DNA from: an uncultured Halobacteriales archaeon | GTDB lineage: Archaea; Halobacteriota; Halobacteria; Halobacteriales; Halalkalicoccaceae | Length of the DNA: 49,931 nucleotides | Direction of reading: 5' to 3' | NCBI GenBank assembly: GCA_964403315.1 | Contig: CAYOFZ010000001.1 | Span: 1-49,931, forward strand | Shown: in pieces, positions 1-8,123 of the stretch | How the letters are laid out: each line of letters starts with the position of its first letter | Numbering within the stretch: the stretch's first letter is position 1 | Notes under the pieces: generated by a model | Told to the model about the DNA's origin: nothing | Seen by the model: the letters and a program-made list of their open reading frames with translations, nothing else | The model's database searches: none | Program-made: the position numbers and the translations under genes

Positions 1-47
1 CAGAATGAAGAGGAGGGGACGGCCTCGCGGGTCGGGAGGATTCTCGA

Positions 48-374
48 ATGAGCGATCAACCCGAGACGATGCTCGAATACCACTTCCGCAAGCTTTCGCG
101 GAAGATCGCCGCCACGGCGTTGTTGGTGATGGCGAGCATCTATCTCGCCGCGGGCGCGGTCGTACACTCTTCCGATCCGGTAATGAGTTGGGTGTTCATA
201 TTTGGGGCAGTCCTGACGATACTCGCCGCGATCGGTGCATCGAACGAAGGGTACGCCCGGCGGACGTTGAACCGACTCTTTCGAACCGACCTGACGGACC
301 TCGAACGTCCGGACGAACCCGGAGAAGCCCCCGCCAACAGACCGTTCCGACGGGAGGGTATCGACGATGACTGA
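48..374 (+). CDS. small membrane protein, 2 predicted TM helices
   Basis: 108-aa ORF. Hydrophobic segments ATALLVMASIYLAAGAVV and WVFIFGAVLTILAAIGA, acidic tail. GGGAGG about 9 nt upstream of the ATG. 8-nt overlap with the next ORF. Confidence 0.55.
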   Translation: MSDQPETMLEYHFRKLSRKIAATALLVMASIYLAAGAVVHSSDPVMSWVFIFGAVLTILAAIGASNEGYARRTLNRLFRTDLTDLERPDEPGEAPANRPFRREGIDDD

Positions 375-1272
375 CGACAGCGTGGTCGAAACATACCGCG
401 AGCGGGGCCGCGACGCCGGGGACCGCCTCGGCACCGCCCTCGGCAGCCTCACCGCCGCCATCATCGGGTTTGCGATCGTCACAGCCGTCCGTTTCATGCT
501 CATCCTGCGCGGGAAGCTGTTCAAACGCCTCGCCATCAAATCCATCGAGAACTACCACAAGATCGCCGGGGGCGACGCCCTCGCGGTGAACGCCAAAGCC
601 GGCCAGCAACTCGCGCTCGAACCCGTGCTGTATCGCGCCCCCGAGGAGACCGACGAGGGCGAAAAGAGCGGCTGGAAAGTCAAGGGCCGCGACAAGGTGT
701 GGAACCCCGCGAAGGAGGGCAACAGCGTCAACTACCTCGGGCGAACGCCGATGATTCAACTCGAAGACGACGACCACGTTGAAGCCGGGTGGCTCGCCCC
801 CCGCGTCGGCACAGCCATCGAACTCGATCAATACTGGCCGCTGTTCACCGGCGCGACGATCAACGCCGTGATCGACTACGATGGAAGCGCCGCGGCACAG
901 GGGCAGGCGGTCGCCGACGGCGGCGTGAGCCTCGAACTCGATAGCCCCGGCGAGTGGGCACGCGATAACATCGTTGACCTCGGGTCGGGTGAGGGCTACG
1001 ACGGCATGCGAATTTCGACGCGCAAGGCTCGCGAGTGGCGCGCCGAACACACCGATTCCGAACACATGCAGCATCAAGAGGACCGGGGCTACCTGATGGG
1101 CCTCGCGAAGGGCGACGAGGGCCCGGGCATGGTCAAGATTCTGTTGATCTGCATGGGGATCATCCTCGGGACGCTCGCGATCGTCCTGCTCGGCCCGCAA
1201 CTCGTCGGCGGCGGCGACGGGGCGTCGATCAACCCGCTCATGCTCGCCGCACAGACCGCCTTCGGAGCCTGA
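367..1272 (+). CDS. membrane protein, N- and C-terminal TM helices flanking an acidic soluble domain
   Basis: 301-aa ORF. TM-like LTAAIIGFAIVTAVRFMLIL and ILLICMGIILGTLAIVLLGP. Acidic composition. The overlapping antisense 334-aa ORF is Arg/Pro-rich. Confidence 0.6.
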   Translation: MTDDSVVETYRERGRDAGDRLGTALGSLTAAIIGFAIVTAVRFMLILRGKLFKRLAIKSIENYHKIAGGDALAVNAKAGQQLALEPVLYRAPEETDEGEKSGWKVKGRDKVWNPAKEGNSVNYLGRTPMIQLEDDDHVEAGWLAPRVGTAIELDQYWPLFTGATINAVIDYDGSAAAQGQAVADGGVSLELDSPGEWARDNIVDLGSGEGYDGMRISTRKAREWRAEHTDSEHMQHQEDRGYLMGLAKGDEGPGMVKILLICMGIILGTLAIVLLGPQLVGGGDGASINPLMLAAQTAFGA

Positions 1273-1275
1273 CCC

Positions 1276-1506
1276 ATGTGGGGGGGCTACATCCGCGCCG
1301 TGCTCACGGTCGGCGTCGCGGTGCTGGCGTCGGCCATCCTGCAGTTCATCGTGCCGTTTCTGTTGCCGTATCAGGGCCCCGAAGATAGCATGCTGTATCA
1401 GGGATTCAGCGCGGTCGCCGAGAACGCGCTCTTCATCATGCTCGCGGCGATTGGCGCGGCGCTGCTCGCCCGCGCGGTCACAGAATCCAACGCGGGGGTG
1501 CGCTAA
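1276..1506 (+). CDS. small membrane protein (2 TM)
   Basis: 76-aa ORF, almost entirely hydrophobic helices. TAATG junction with the next gene. Confidence 0.55.
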   Translation: MWGGYIRAVLTVGVAVLASAILQFIVPFLLPYQGPEDSMLYQGFSAVAENALFIMLAAIGAALLARAVTESNAGVR

Positions 1507-1766
1507 TGTCGACGTGGCAACGGATCGGCGTCGCGCTGTTTTACACGATCGGCCTCATGGTCGGTGGCCTGCTGTACAACGAGGTGTTCGTCGGGGCGCT
1601 GTTGCCGGTCGTCCCGACGACGGGGACGTTCGGCACGCCCGTCGCGTGGCTCGAACGCCTCGTTCCGATCGTGCTGTTGGCCCTGTTGCTCGCCGTGTGG
1701 GTGTGGGTGATCGCCGGCGCGGTGCAAGATGAGCGGACCGTCCGAACGCGGAGGGGCCGACGATGA
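1506..1766 (+). CDS. small membrane protein (2-3 TM)
   Basis: 86-aa ORF with hydrophobic helices. Start overlaps the upstream stop (TAATG). Confidence 0.55.
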   Translation: MSTWQRIGVALFYTIGLMVGGLLYNEVFVGALLPVVPTTGTFGTPVAWLERLVPIVLLALLLAVWVWVIAGAVQDERTVRTRRGRR

Positions 1767-1981
1767 GCGGTGTCGATCGAATGGTCGTCGTGACGCCTTA
1801 CGGTCGGCGATACCACAGAGTCCGCGACGGTGAGCGGTTGAAACACGCCGCCTGTGGTGGATTTGTTCAAACGAACCTATCTCAGATTCCACAATCCGAA
1901 GCGTTAGAACAGGGATACAAGCCCTGTGATAACTGTTCGTGGGAAACGAACGCCGCCGAAATTGGGGGCACGGGCCCATGA
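1763..1981 (+). CDS. small Cys/His protein with Ada-like zinc motif (..YH..C..GYKPCDNC)
   Basis: 72-aa ORF. ATGA overlaps on both sides. The motif recurs in the 22358 and 29364 genes. Confidence 0.5.
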   Translation: MSGVDRMVVVTPYGRRYHRVRDGERLKHAACGGFVQTNLSQIPQSEALEQGYKPCDNCSWETNAAEIGGTGP

Positions 1982-3693
1982 ACCGCGACACCGCCCTCGC
2001 GATCGCGAGTGTCATATTCATCCTCGTCGCCGCGCCGGGGATGGTCGTCCTCGCACAGACGATACCTCAGTCGCACTCATCGACCGCCGGCACGACCTAT
2101 CAGACAAACGATGGCCTCACCGTCACGCTTACCGATGATCGGACTGTTGACGCTTCGCCGTACAACGATGATAGCACCTTCGCCGATCACAACCTCACGA
2201 TCTCGAGCCCCGGATCGGGCGCGATCGACATCGGCAACGCCGCCTACGACGGCGACCCGATCACCGTCACGAACGTCGACGCGCAGAATCCGATCACGAT
2301 CAACCGGTCGGACCTTGCTCGCGAATTCACGATCGAATCGGGCGACGCGACCACGTTCCAGATGCGCGACTACGCGGTCGATAACGACACGGAGGACTTC
2401 GCGTATGCGTCCTCGAACGGCCTGACGATCACGCTCGGCGATCTACCGACGGTCGGCGTCGCCGCGGTGGACGCGAACACCAACGCCGTCCTCGATTCGG
2501 ATATCGTCGAAACGACCGGCGACACCGCGACGCTCGAACTCCCGAGCGGGACGCACGCGATCGAACTCCAGAGCGTGCCGTCCGAACTGCAGGTCCGCAA
2601 CGAAGCCGAACCCGACGAGTTGATCGACGACAACGTGACGCTCCGGGCACGCTTTTTCGCCGAGGAGGACACCGTCATCGAGCGGCAGGTCCAGAACGGC
2701 ACCGTCAGTCTCGCCGGGTTGCCGCCGGACGAAGAGATCGTCGTGACGGTCAAAGAGCAGAATGCGAACTTCACGTATCGCCGGATTCTCATCGACAACA
2801 TCGTCGAAACGCGCGAGATTTATCTCCTCCCGACGACCGAGCCCTCGGCGGAAATCCGCTTCGAGATCAACGACCAGACGGGGCGATTCCCGAACGAAGA
2901 GACGCGCCTGTTCGTCGAAAAGCCGATCACGCGCAACGGCGAGACGGAGTACCGCATCATCTCGGGCGATCGCGTCGGCGCGGACGGCCAGTTCCCGACC
3001 ATCCTGATCGATTCGGAACGCTACCGCCTGCGCGTCGAGAACACCAACGGCGAGACACGCGTGCTCGGCTCTTACACCGTACAGGGGGCCGAAATCGCCC
3101 CGATCCCGATCGGCGAAGTCGAATTCACGGCGGACGTGTCTGAAGGCGCGGCCATGCAGGCCTCGCTTCGGGACGCCCCCGACGGCGCGAGCCACGACCA
3201 CGAGGCGCGGATCGTCTACGTCGACCCCGAGGGGCTGACATCCAAAATCGACGTGTCGATCGATTACGCAAACGGCACCGAGATCCGCCCGACGACGACC
3301 GAGACGCTGAACGGGAGCACGAACGTGTATGTCGAAACCTATCCCCTGCCGACGAGTTTCGACCCCGAGGCGGACACGGCGGTCGTGACGGTCGATGCAA
3401 CGCGCGACCTCGAAACCGAGACGTTCGAGCGGACGATCGGCGACGTGGCAGAGGCGTTCGGCGACGCCCCGATCGACCCCGACATCCTCGAACTGATGGG
3501 GTACGTGTCGATCATCGCACTCATCGGCCTGCTCGTGATCGTCTCGGCACCGATGGCCGCGCTCGTCGGGTCGGGCTATGCCGGCATACTCGTCCTGCTC
3601 GGTATCGTCCCGATCCCGATGCCGCTCGTCGTGCTGGCCGGGCTGGCCGGCGTGCTGGCGACCGTCGGGACGTCGCGGGGGGTGTTCGGCTGA
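1978..3693 (+). CDS. large secreted, membrane-anchored protein; candidate envelope or vesicle surface (spike-like) protein
   Basis: Start chosen at the internal ATG 1978 (ATGA overlap). N-terminal signal/TM segment ALAIASVIFILVAAPGMVVLAQT, about 500-aa acidic Thr/Asp-rich ectodomain, C-terminal multi-helix anchor. Confidence 0.65.
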   Translation: MNRDTALAIASVIFILVAAPGMVVLAQTIPQSHSSTAGTTYQTNDGLTVTLTDDRTVDASPYNDDSTFADHNLTISSPGSGAIDIGNAAYDGDPITVTNVDAQNPITINRSDLAREFTIESGDATTFQMRDYAVDNDTEDFAYASSNGLTITLGDLPTVGVAAVDANTNAVLDSDIVETTGDTATLELPSGTHAIELQSVPSELQVRNEAEPDELIDDNVTLRARFFAEEDTVIERQVQNGTVSLAGLPPDEEIVVTVKEQNANFTYRRILIDNIVETREIYLLPTTEPSAEIRFEINDQTGRFPNEETRLFVEKPITRNGETEYRIISGDRVGADGQFPTILIDSERYRLRVENTNGETRVLGSYTVQGAEIAPIPIGEVEFTADVSEGAAMQASLRDAPDGASHDHEARIVYVDPEGLTSKIDVSIDYANGTEIRPTTTETLNGSTNVYVETYPLPTSFDPEADTAVVTVDATRDLETETFERTIGDVAEAFGDAPIDPDILELMGYVSIIALIGLLVIVSAPMAALVGSGYAGILVLLGIVPIPMPLVVLAGLAGVLATVGTSRGVFG

Positions 3694-4094
3694 TGCAAAC
3701 CACGGACGTCCTCGGGCTGGTGCTGTGCTTCGGCGTCGCGTTCGCGCTCATCGCCGGCGCGGGTGCCGGGGCGATGTTCGGCGAGTCCCCCGGCGATTCC
3801 GAAGCGTCGCGAACGATCGACGACCTCGGCGGACAGGCGGACACCGAGCGGGGCGAGGACGACGAGGGCGGCGTCGTCGCGGACGTGGTCGGTGACAACG
3901 AACCCACGCTAACCGGCGTGGTCATCAGCGGCGGGTCGTTCGTCGTCCAGCTCGTCGGCGCGGTGGTCCTGCTGCCGATCACGCTGACGCGACTCGGCTT
4001 TCCGACGTACTTCGCGTTTACCCTCGGGCCGGTGGCGCAGGTGATCGCGTTCGTCGGCCTGCTGCAGTTCCTCGGGAGGACGGAGTTGCTATGA
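3693..4094 (+). CDS. membrane protein
   Basis: 133-aa ORF. N-terminal and C-terminal hydrophobic helices with an acidic loop. TGATG junction. Confidence 0.55.
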   Translation: MQTTDVLGLVLCFGVAFALIAGAGAGAMFGESPGDSEASRTIDDLGGQADTERGEDDEGGVVADVVGDNEPTLTGVVISGGSFVVQLVGAVVLLPITLTRLGFPTYFAFTLGPVAQVIAFVGLLQFLGRTELL

Positions 4095-4435
4095 CCGCCA
4101 CCGATCCCCCGAGCCTCAACGACTCGTCGCTGGCGTGCTTCGGCGAGGGGACCGAGGGCGATCTGGCCGCCTGTGTGACCGACGGGATGTTCGCCGCGGG
4201 GCCGTCGCCGGTCGTGATCGGCCTGCTCATCGCGGGCGTGCTGTTGGTCTCGCTGTATATCGCCGGCGACGGCACCGTGGTCGTGCCCGCGGTCGTGACG
4301 ATCCTGTTCGGCGGCGCGTTGATCCCGCTGCTGCCGGCACAGTTCGTCTCGCTGGCCTACACGGTGACGGTCATCGGGACCACGGTGGCGATGTTCGCGG
4401 CGTGGAAACGCTTCACGTCGCGGGGAGGATTCTAA
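4091..4435 (+). CDS. membrane protein ending in ..RGGF
   Basis: 114-aa ORF with hydrophobic helices. Its 3' end carries the GGAGGATTCTAACC box placed before the next ATG. Confidence 0.55.
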   Translation: MTATDPPSLNDSSLACFGEGTEGDLAACVTDGMFAAGPSPVVIGLLIAGVLLVSLYIAGDGTVVVPAVVTILFGGALIPLLPAQFVSLAYTVTVIGTTVAMFAAWKRFTSRGGF

Positions 4436-4437
4436 CC

Positions 4438-4818
4438 ATGGCAACAGAAACCAGCTACAGAGACACGATCGGGCGTATAAACTTCCGAACAGCCGCAAAG
4501 GCATTGCTGCAATTGATCGGCATACTTGCAGCTGCTGGCTCAGCGTTTATACTCTACGCAACTGCGATGCTCATCGTTAACGAGTCGTTCCTACGGTGGG
4601 GTGCCTTCGAGGATGCTGGCCGGTCGTTCGCACTCGTGATCCAATTCGCGTTTCAGGTGCCACTCGTCGGCGCACTCGGCGCGGCCGCGGCGTGGATCCT
4701 CAACATATTCAACGGCGAAAAGTGCATTCGCCGACGGGATGCGGCGTTCGTAGCGATCGGCCTCTACGCACTTGTGATGAGTGGCTGGCTCTGGCTAATC
4801 GACTTCGGGGTGATCTAA
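4438..4818 (+). CDS. membrane protein (MATET.. paralogue 1)
   Basis: Start at ATG 4438, 2 nt after the upstream TAA. 126 aa, 3-4 TM. N-terminus and upstream box are shared with the 5208 gene. Locally AT-richer. Confidence 0.55.
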   Translation: MATETSYRDTIGRINFRTAAKALLQLIGILAAAGSAFILYATAMLIVNESFLRWGAFEDAGRSFALVIQFAFQVPLVGALGAAAAWILNIFNGEKCIRRRDAAFVAIGLYALVMSGWLWLIDFGVI

Positions 4819-4821
4819 CCC

Positions 4822-5205
4822 ATGTCTGACAATCGACTGTGGTGCCCGACGTGCAAGGAAACGCACTACCGGCCGACGCATACCGACGACCCGGATTCAT
4901 GCAACGGCTGCGAGACGCGGCTCGACGAGACGATCCCGCTCCGGGTACGTACCCACGAACGAATCGGGCAGGCGGTGGCGCTCATCATCCTCGCCGCGGT
5001 CGCCCTCGGGCCGCCCGCGTACGCGGTTGTGAGGGCGCTATCCGGCGGGCCACTCGTCGCGACTCGAACAGTCACCACGACGCACACACAACCCTACGGC
5101 ATCCTCCCCGAAGTGGTACCGATGCTCTTCGTGTGGGGCTTGCTCCTGTTCGTCGGGTGGGGTGCGGTGACGGGTCGAATGCCTGCGCCGAGCGGGGGAT
5201 TCTAA
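4822..5205 (+). CDS. zinc-ribbon protein with TM helices, ends ..PSGGF
   Basis: 127-aa ORF. CPTCK..CNGCE followed by two hydrophobic helices. Confidence 0.55.
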   Translation: MSDNRLWCPTCKETHYRPTHTDDPDSCNGCETRLDETIPLRVRTHERIGQAVALIILAAVALGPPAYAVVRALSGGPLVATRTVTTTHTQPYGILPEVVPMLFVWGLLLFVGWGAVTGRMPAPSGGF

Positions 5206-5207
5206 CC

Positions 5208-5579
5208 ATGGCAACCGAAACACAACAACAGACGGTCGAACGTGGGCGTATCGGTCGAATAGCGAACACAGCCGTTGCGGTATTACAGACGCTCGGGGTC
5301 GCCATGATCACCGGCACGGTCTGGGTAATTTCGGCTTGGTTGTGGGTGCTCATACAAACGACATTCGCCACCGAGCTGGAATCGTTTACGGCTGTGCAAG
5401 TGGAATTGATGCTCGGGCCGTTGCTCATCCCATCGGTACTCGCCACCGTCGCCGCCGGCGTGTGGTTTTACAACGACCTCTTCGACGGAGGAATCTCGAT
5501 GTGGGATGCCGTCACGGTATCGGCCGGTGTGGCGGGGTTCTGTTGGCTCGTCGGCGTCGCGTACGTGGGGGTGGCCTGA
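5208..5579 (+). CDS. membrane protein (MATET.. paralogue 2)
   Basis: ATG 5208 preceded by GGGGGATTCTAACC. 123 aa, multiple TM helices. Confidence 0.55.
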   Translation: MATETQQQTVERGRIGRIANTAVAVLQTLGVAMITGTVWVISAWLWVLIQTTFATELESFTAVQVELMLGPLLIPSVLATVAAGVWFYNDLFDGGISMWDAVTVSAGVAGFCWLVGVAYVGVA

Positions 5580-5583
5580 CCCC

Positions 5584-5940
5584 GTGTCCCGTCTCACCCG
5601 CGCGGCCGCGGTGCTGTCGCTCCCCCCGACGCTCGCCCACGAATTGAGCCACTTCGCCATCGCCCGGCTCGGGACCGATGACGCCCAGTTTGCGGTCGAG
5701 GTCACCGGTGGACGGGCACTCGCGGCGTGGCCGCCGCTGGAGAGCCGTGCGTTGCGCGTGTTCGCCTTTCTCGCCCCGACGGTGTTCGGGACGGCACTCG
5801 CCGCGCTGTGGCTGTTCAGCGGTGTCTCACTCGATGGGTGGCGACTCATCGCCGCCGTCGGGCTCGGGATCTACACGATCCCCTCGCCGGCGGATATCGA
5901 GGGCGCACTCGGGCGGCAGGCGGCACAACAGGATTCATAA
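5584..5940 (+). CDS. membrane HExxH protein (zincin-like, DUF3267-type architecture)
   Basis: GTG 5584 lies 5 nt after the upstream stop (the track ORF starts at 5506 inside the previous gene). Motif LAHELSHFAIA followed by TM helices. Start uncertain. Confidence 0.45.
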   Translation: MSRLTRAAAVLSLPPTLAHELSHFAIARLGTDDAQFAVEVTGGRALAAWPPLESRALRVFAFLAPTVFGTALAALWLFSGVSLDGWRLIAAVGLGIYTIPSPADIEGALGRQAAQQDS

Positions 5941-5943
5941 CAC

Positions 5944-6255
5944 ATGTTCGACAAGATATTCGACTTCGGCGACGACGACAGCACAGACGCAGAGACACAG
6001 CGCGAGTGGGCGAACAACCCCGATGGGTTGACGAAACTCCAGCGCCAGCGCCCGAACGGACAACTCACGCCGCACGACTCGCCGGACGCACCCGACGCGC
6101 CGAACGCCGTCGACCGCGGGCGAGAGAGTGGCCGATTCGTCTCGAAGGATCGCGACCCGGTACCGTTCGTGCGCGACCGCGAGACCGGGCGGCTCGAAGC
6201 CGACGCGTTCGCGATCGGGAATTTCGACGCGGCGACGGAGCGTGATCGGCGATGA
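5944..6255 (+). CDS. acidic hypothetical protein with (S/T)GRF/L motifs
   Basis: 103-aa ORF. Ends ..DRR with the GTGATCGGCGATGAAGCC junction box. Confidence 0.5.
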   Translation: MFDKIFDFGDDDSTDAETQREWANNPDGLTKLQRQRPNGQLTPHDSPDAPDAPNAVDRGRESGRFVSKDRDPVPFVRDRETGRLEADAFAIGNFDAATERDRR

Positions 6256-6806
6256 AGCCGTTCGACGAAGACAGCAACTTCTTCGCACCCACGCCGACCA
6301 AGCCGACAGACATTGGCCGGGGAGCGACCGGGCGGTTCGATCGACCCGAAAGCGAACCGGACATCGAACCCCAGCCGATCGCCCGCAACACGAAAACCGG
6401 CCGGTTCGGGCTCGACCCGTTCGACCTCACAAGTGGCGGTACGGGCGAATCGGTCGAACTGTTCACCGGCGACGGGCCGGGTGAAACGTTCGACTTCCCC
6501 GAGTGGACGATCTCGCGCGGACAGACGTACCTCAACGAAAAGGTGTACGGCGAGGGGCGGGAGGACTTGGAACCACTTCGCAAGACAGTTGCACAGACGC
6601 GCCCCGATGAGTCGATCGAATTGGATCGTCGGGACTACGACACATTCCAGCGTGTTGTTCGCGAGGGCGCTGAACGAGAACTCGAGCAACTCGAAGGGAA
6701 AGAAGCGAACATCTTTGGCGACGCCGAAGGCCAGCGACAGATCGCCAGAGAAGCACGTCGTGGGATTATCAACAACCCACCGAGTTTTGGCGGTGATCGG
6801 CGATGA
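6252..6806 (+). CDS. acidic hypothetical protein with TGRF motifs
   Basis: 184-aa ORF. ATGA overlap. The same 18-nt junction box sits at its 3' end. Confidence 0.55.
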   Translation: MKPFDEDSNFFAPTPTKPTDIGRGATGRFDRPESEPDIEPQPIARNTKTGRFGLDPFDLTSGGTGESVELFTGDGPGETFDFPEWTISRGQTYLNEKVYGEGREDLEPLRKTVAQTRPDESIELDRRDYDTFQRVVREGAERELEQLEGKEANIFGDAEGQRQIAREARRGIINNPPSFGGDRR

Positions 6807-7171
6807 AGCCACCCGACGACGAGGGCTTTTCAGACGGCCCGTTCACCGACGGCCTCGGCGCAGATGGCGCATCCGTGCGCGGGCTCGGTGTCGGGATCGA
6901 CCACGACGGCGTGCTCACGATCGACGTTGAGGACGACGGCCCACACACAAACCTCAGGCAGATGGCCGGCGGTGCGCCGTGGGTGAACGGCGGAACCACC
7001 GCCTCAACAGACAACCAGCCGCTGGTAACTGACCGGACGAGTGGCGGCTGTTCCTGCGACGAGACCGAACTCGCGATTTCAAAAGCGACCGTCGGGCCGG
7101 CACGGGTGCAAATCGTCTACTGTTCATCCTGCGACGCGATACTCGAAAAGGTGATCGACGATGCCAGATAA
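6803..7171 (+). CDS. hypothetical acidic protein with C-terminal Cys cluster
   Basis: 122-aa ORF, coupled to its neighbours. CSCDE..CSSCD. Confidence 0.5.
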   Translation: MKPPDDEGFSDGPFTDGLGADGASVRGLGVGIDHDGVLTIDVEDDGPHTNLRQMAGGAPWVNGGTTASTDNQPLVTDRTSGGCSCDETELAISKATVGPARVQIVYCSSCDAILEKVIDDAR

Positions 7172-8123
7172 CGAACCGACCACCGCCCGCGCCCGCCGAG
7201 CACAGGCGGTCCGCGAAGGCACCGCAACCGACGCCGTAGAGCGCCGTGTCCCACGGTCGAACCCCCGGAGTCGCGGCGAAATGTCGTCACGCCGAAGGCA
7301 ACAGACCACGGCGCGCGAACTTGCCGAGGAGATCGACATCGACCGCGAGGGTGTCGGGACGGTCGACCGCATCGGCGGGCTCGATGTCTTCTTGCGCGGC
7401 CCCGGACCGAGCCAGTTCGGCCGGAACGTCCGCCGGGACTTCGCCAGCGAAGCGGATTTCGTCGAACCGGGCGACGTGAACCCGCGCATCGACGCACAGG
7501 ATATCAGCGCCGAACCCCGCGTCGCCCGCGACCGCCGCGACGACGTGGGGCGACGCGCACGGCAACACTTCGCCGAGGAAGACGAGTTCGCCGAGCCGTC
7601 GGATTTCACGACCGATGTCGGGGCGTTCGGCGTTCGCGAGGCCCGACTGTCCGATATCGGGGCACGACGCCGCGCCGGTCGCCAATTCGCGAGCGAGACG
7701 CGACTCGAATCGGTCGGTCCCGACGACGTGCGCGCAACCGACGGCGGCTTTGCGCTCGGCGAGGCCCCACAGCGCCAGCTTGCGGCGTTCGAGTTCGCCG
7801 ACGCGACACCCGTGGACACGTTCGATCCCGAATCCGATATCGTCCCGACCGAGGGCGGCTTCGGACTGACGAGCGGCGCACAGCGCGAGGTCGCCGCCCG
7901 CCAGTTCGAGACCGATTTCGAGCTGTTCGGTCGGCGCGAGCTTGATCCGACGACCGACATCCGCGCGGTCGGCGGCGGCTTCGGACTCGGCGAGGACCCG
8001 GCGCGCGAGCTTGCCGCCGCGGATATCGAAGCCCAGCTCGGCCAGCCGGTCGATCCGACGGACATCGATCTGGAGCCGGTCAACGGCGGCTTTGAAGCCA
8101 TCTTCGAAGGGGGTGGGCGCTAA
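7161..8123 (+). CDS. tandem-repeat protein (about six repeats of 37-40 aa, consensus RQFA..D..GGF.L..R..AA)
   Basis: 320-aa ORF. Repeats visible from aa 92 onward. Two overlapping antisense ORFs are Arg/Ser-rich and rejected. Confidence 0.6.
   Translation: MPDNEPTTARARRAQAVREGTATDAVERRVPRSNPRSRGEMSSRRRQQTTARELAEEIDIDREGVGTVDRIGGLDVFLRGPGPSQFGRNVRRDFASEADFVEPGDVNPRIDAQDISAEPRVARDRRDDVGRRARQHFAEEDEFAEPSDFTTDVGAFGVREARLSDIGARRRAGRQFASETRLESVGPDDVRATDGGFALGEAPQRQLAAFEFADATPVDTFDPESDIVPTEGGFGLTSGAQREVAARQFETDFELFGRRELDPTTDIRAVGGGFGLGEDPARELAAADIEAQLGQPVDPTDIDLEPVNGGFEAIFEGGGR

Noticed and set aside
196-1200. Long antisense or alternative-frame ORFs across the window. Examples: 196-1200(-), 3521-4504(-), 5871-6812(-), 7124-8101(-), 7287-8186(-), 8722-10386(-), 21094-22254(-), 23796-24998(+), 25051-26439(-), 27477-28718(-), 31428-32435(-), 35288-36403(-), 45644-46507(-).
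   Set aside because: Their translations are Arg/Pro/Ser/Gly-rich, basic and low in complexity, the opposite of acidic haloarchaeal proteins. They lie opposite ORFs that have recognisable motifs, TM helices or coupled start/stop junctions. Stop-poor frames are expected in GC-rich DNA.
7693-7718. Partial self-match of CRISPR spacer 6 (CGACTCGAATC plus neighbours, about 15/17) inside the 7161-8123 gene.
   Set aside because: It is too short and interrupted to be a protospacer. Such matches are expected by chance in GC-rich sequence. I could not search the spacers exhaustively by eye.
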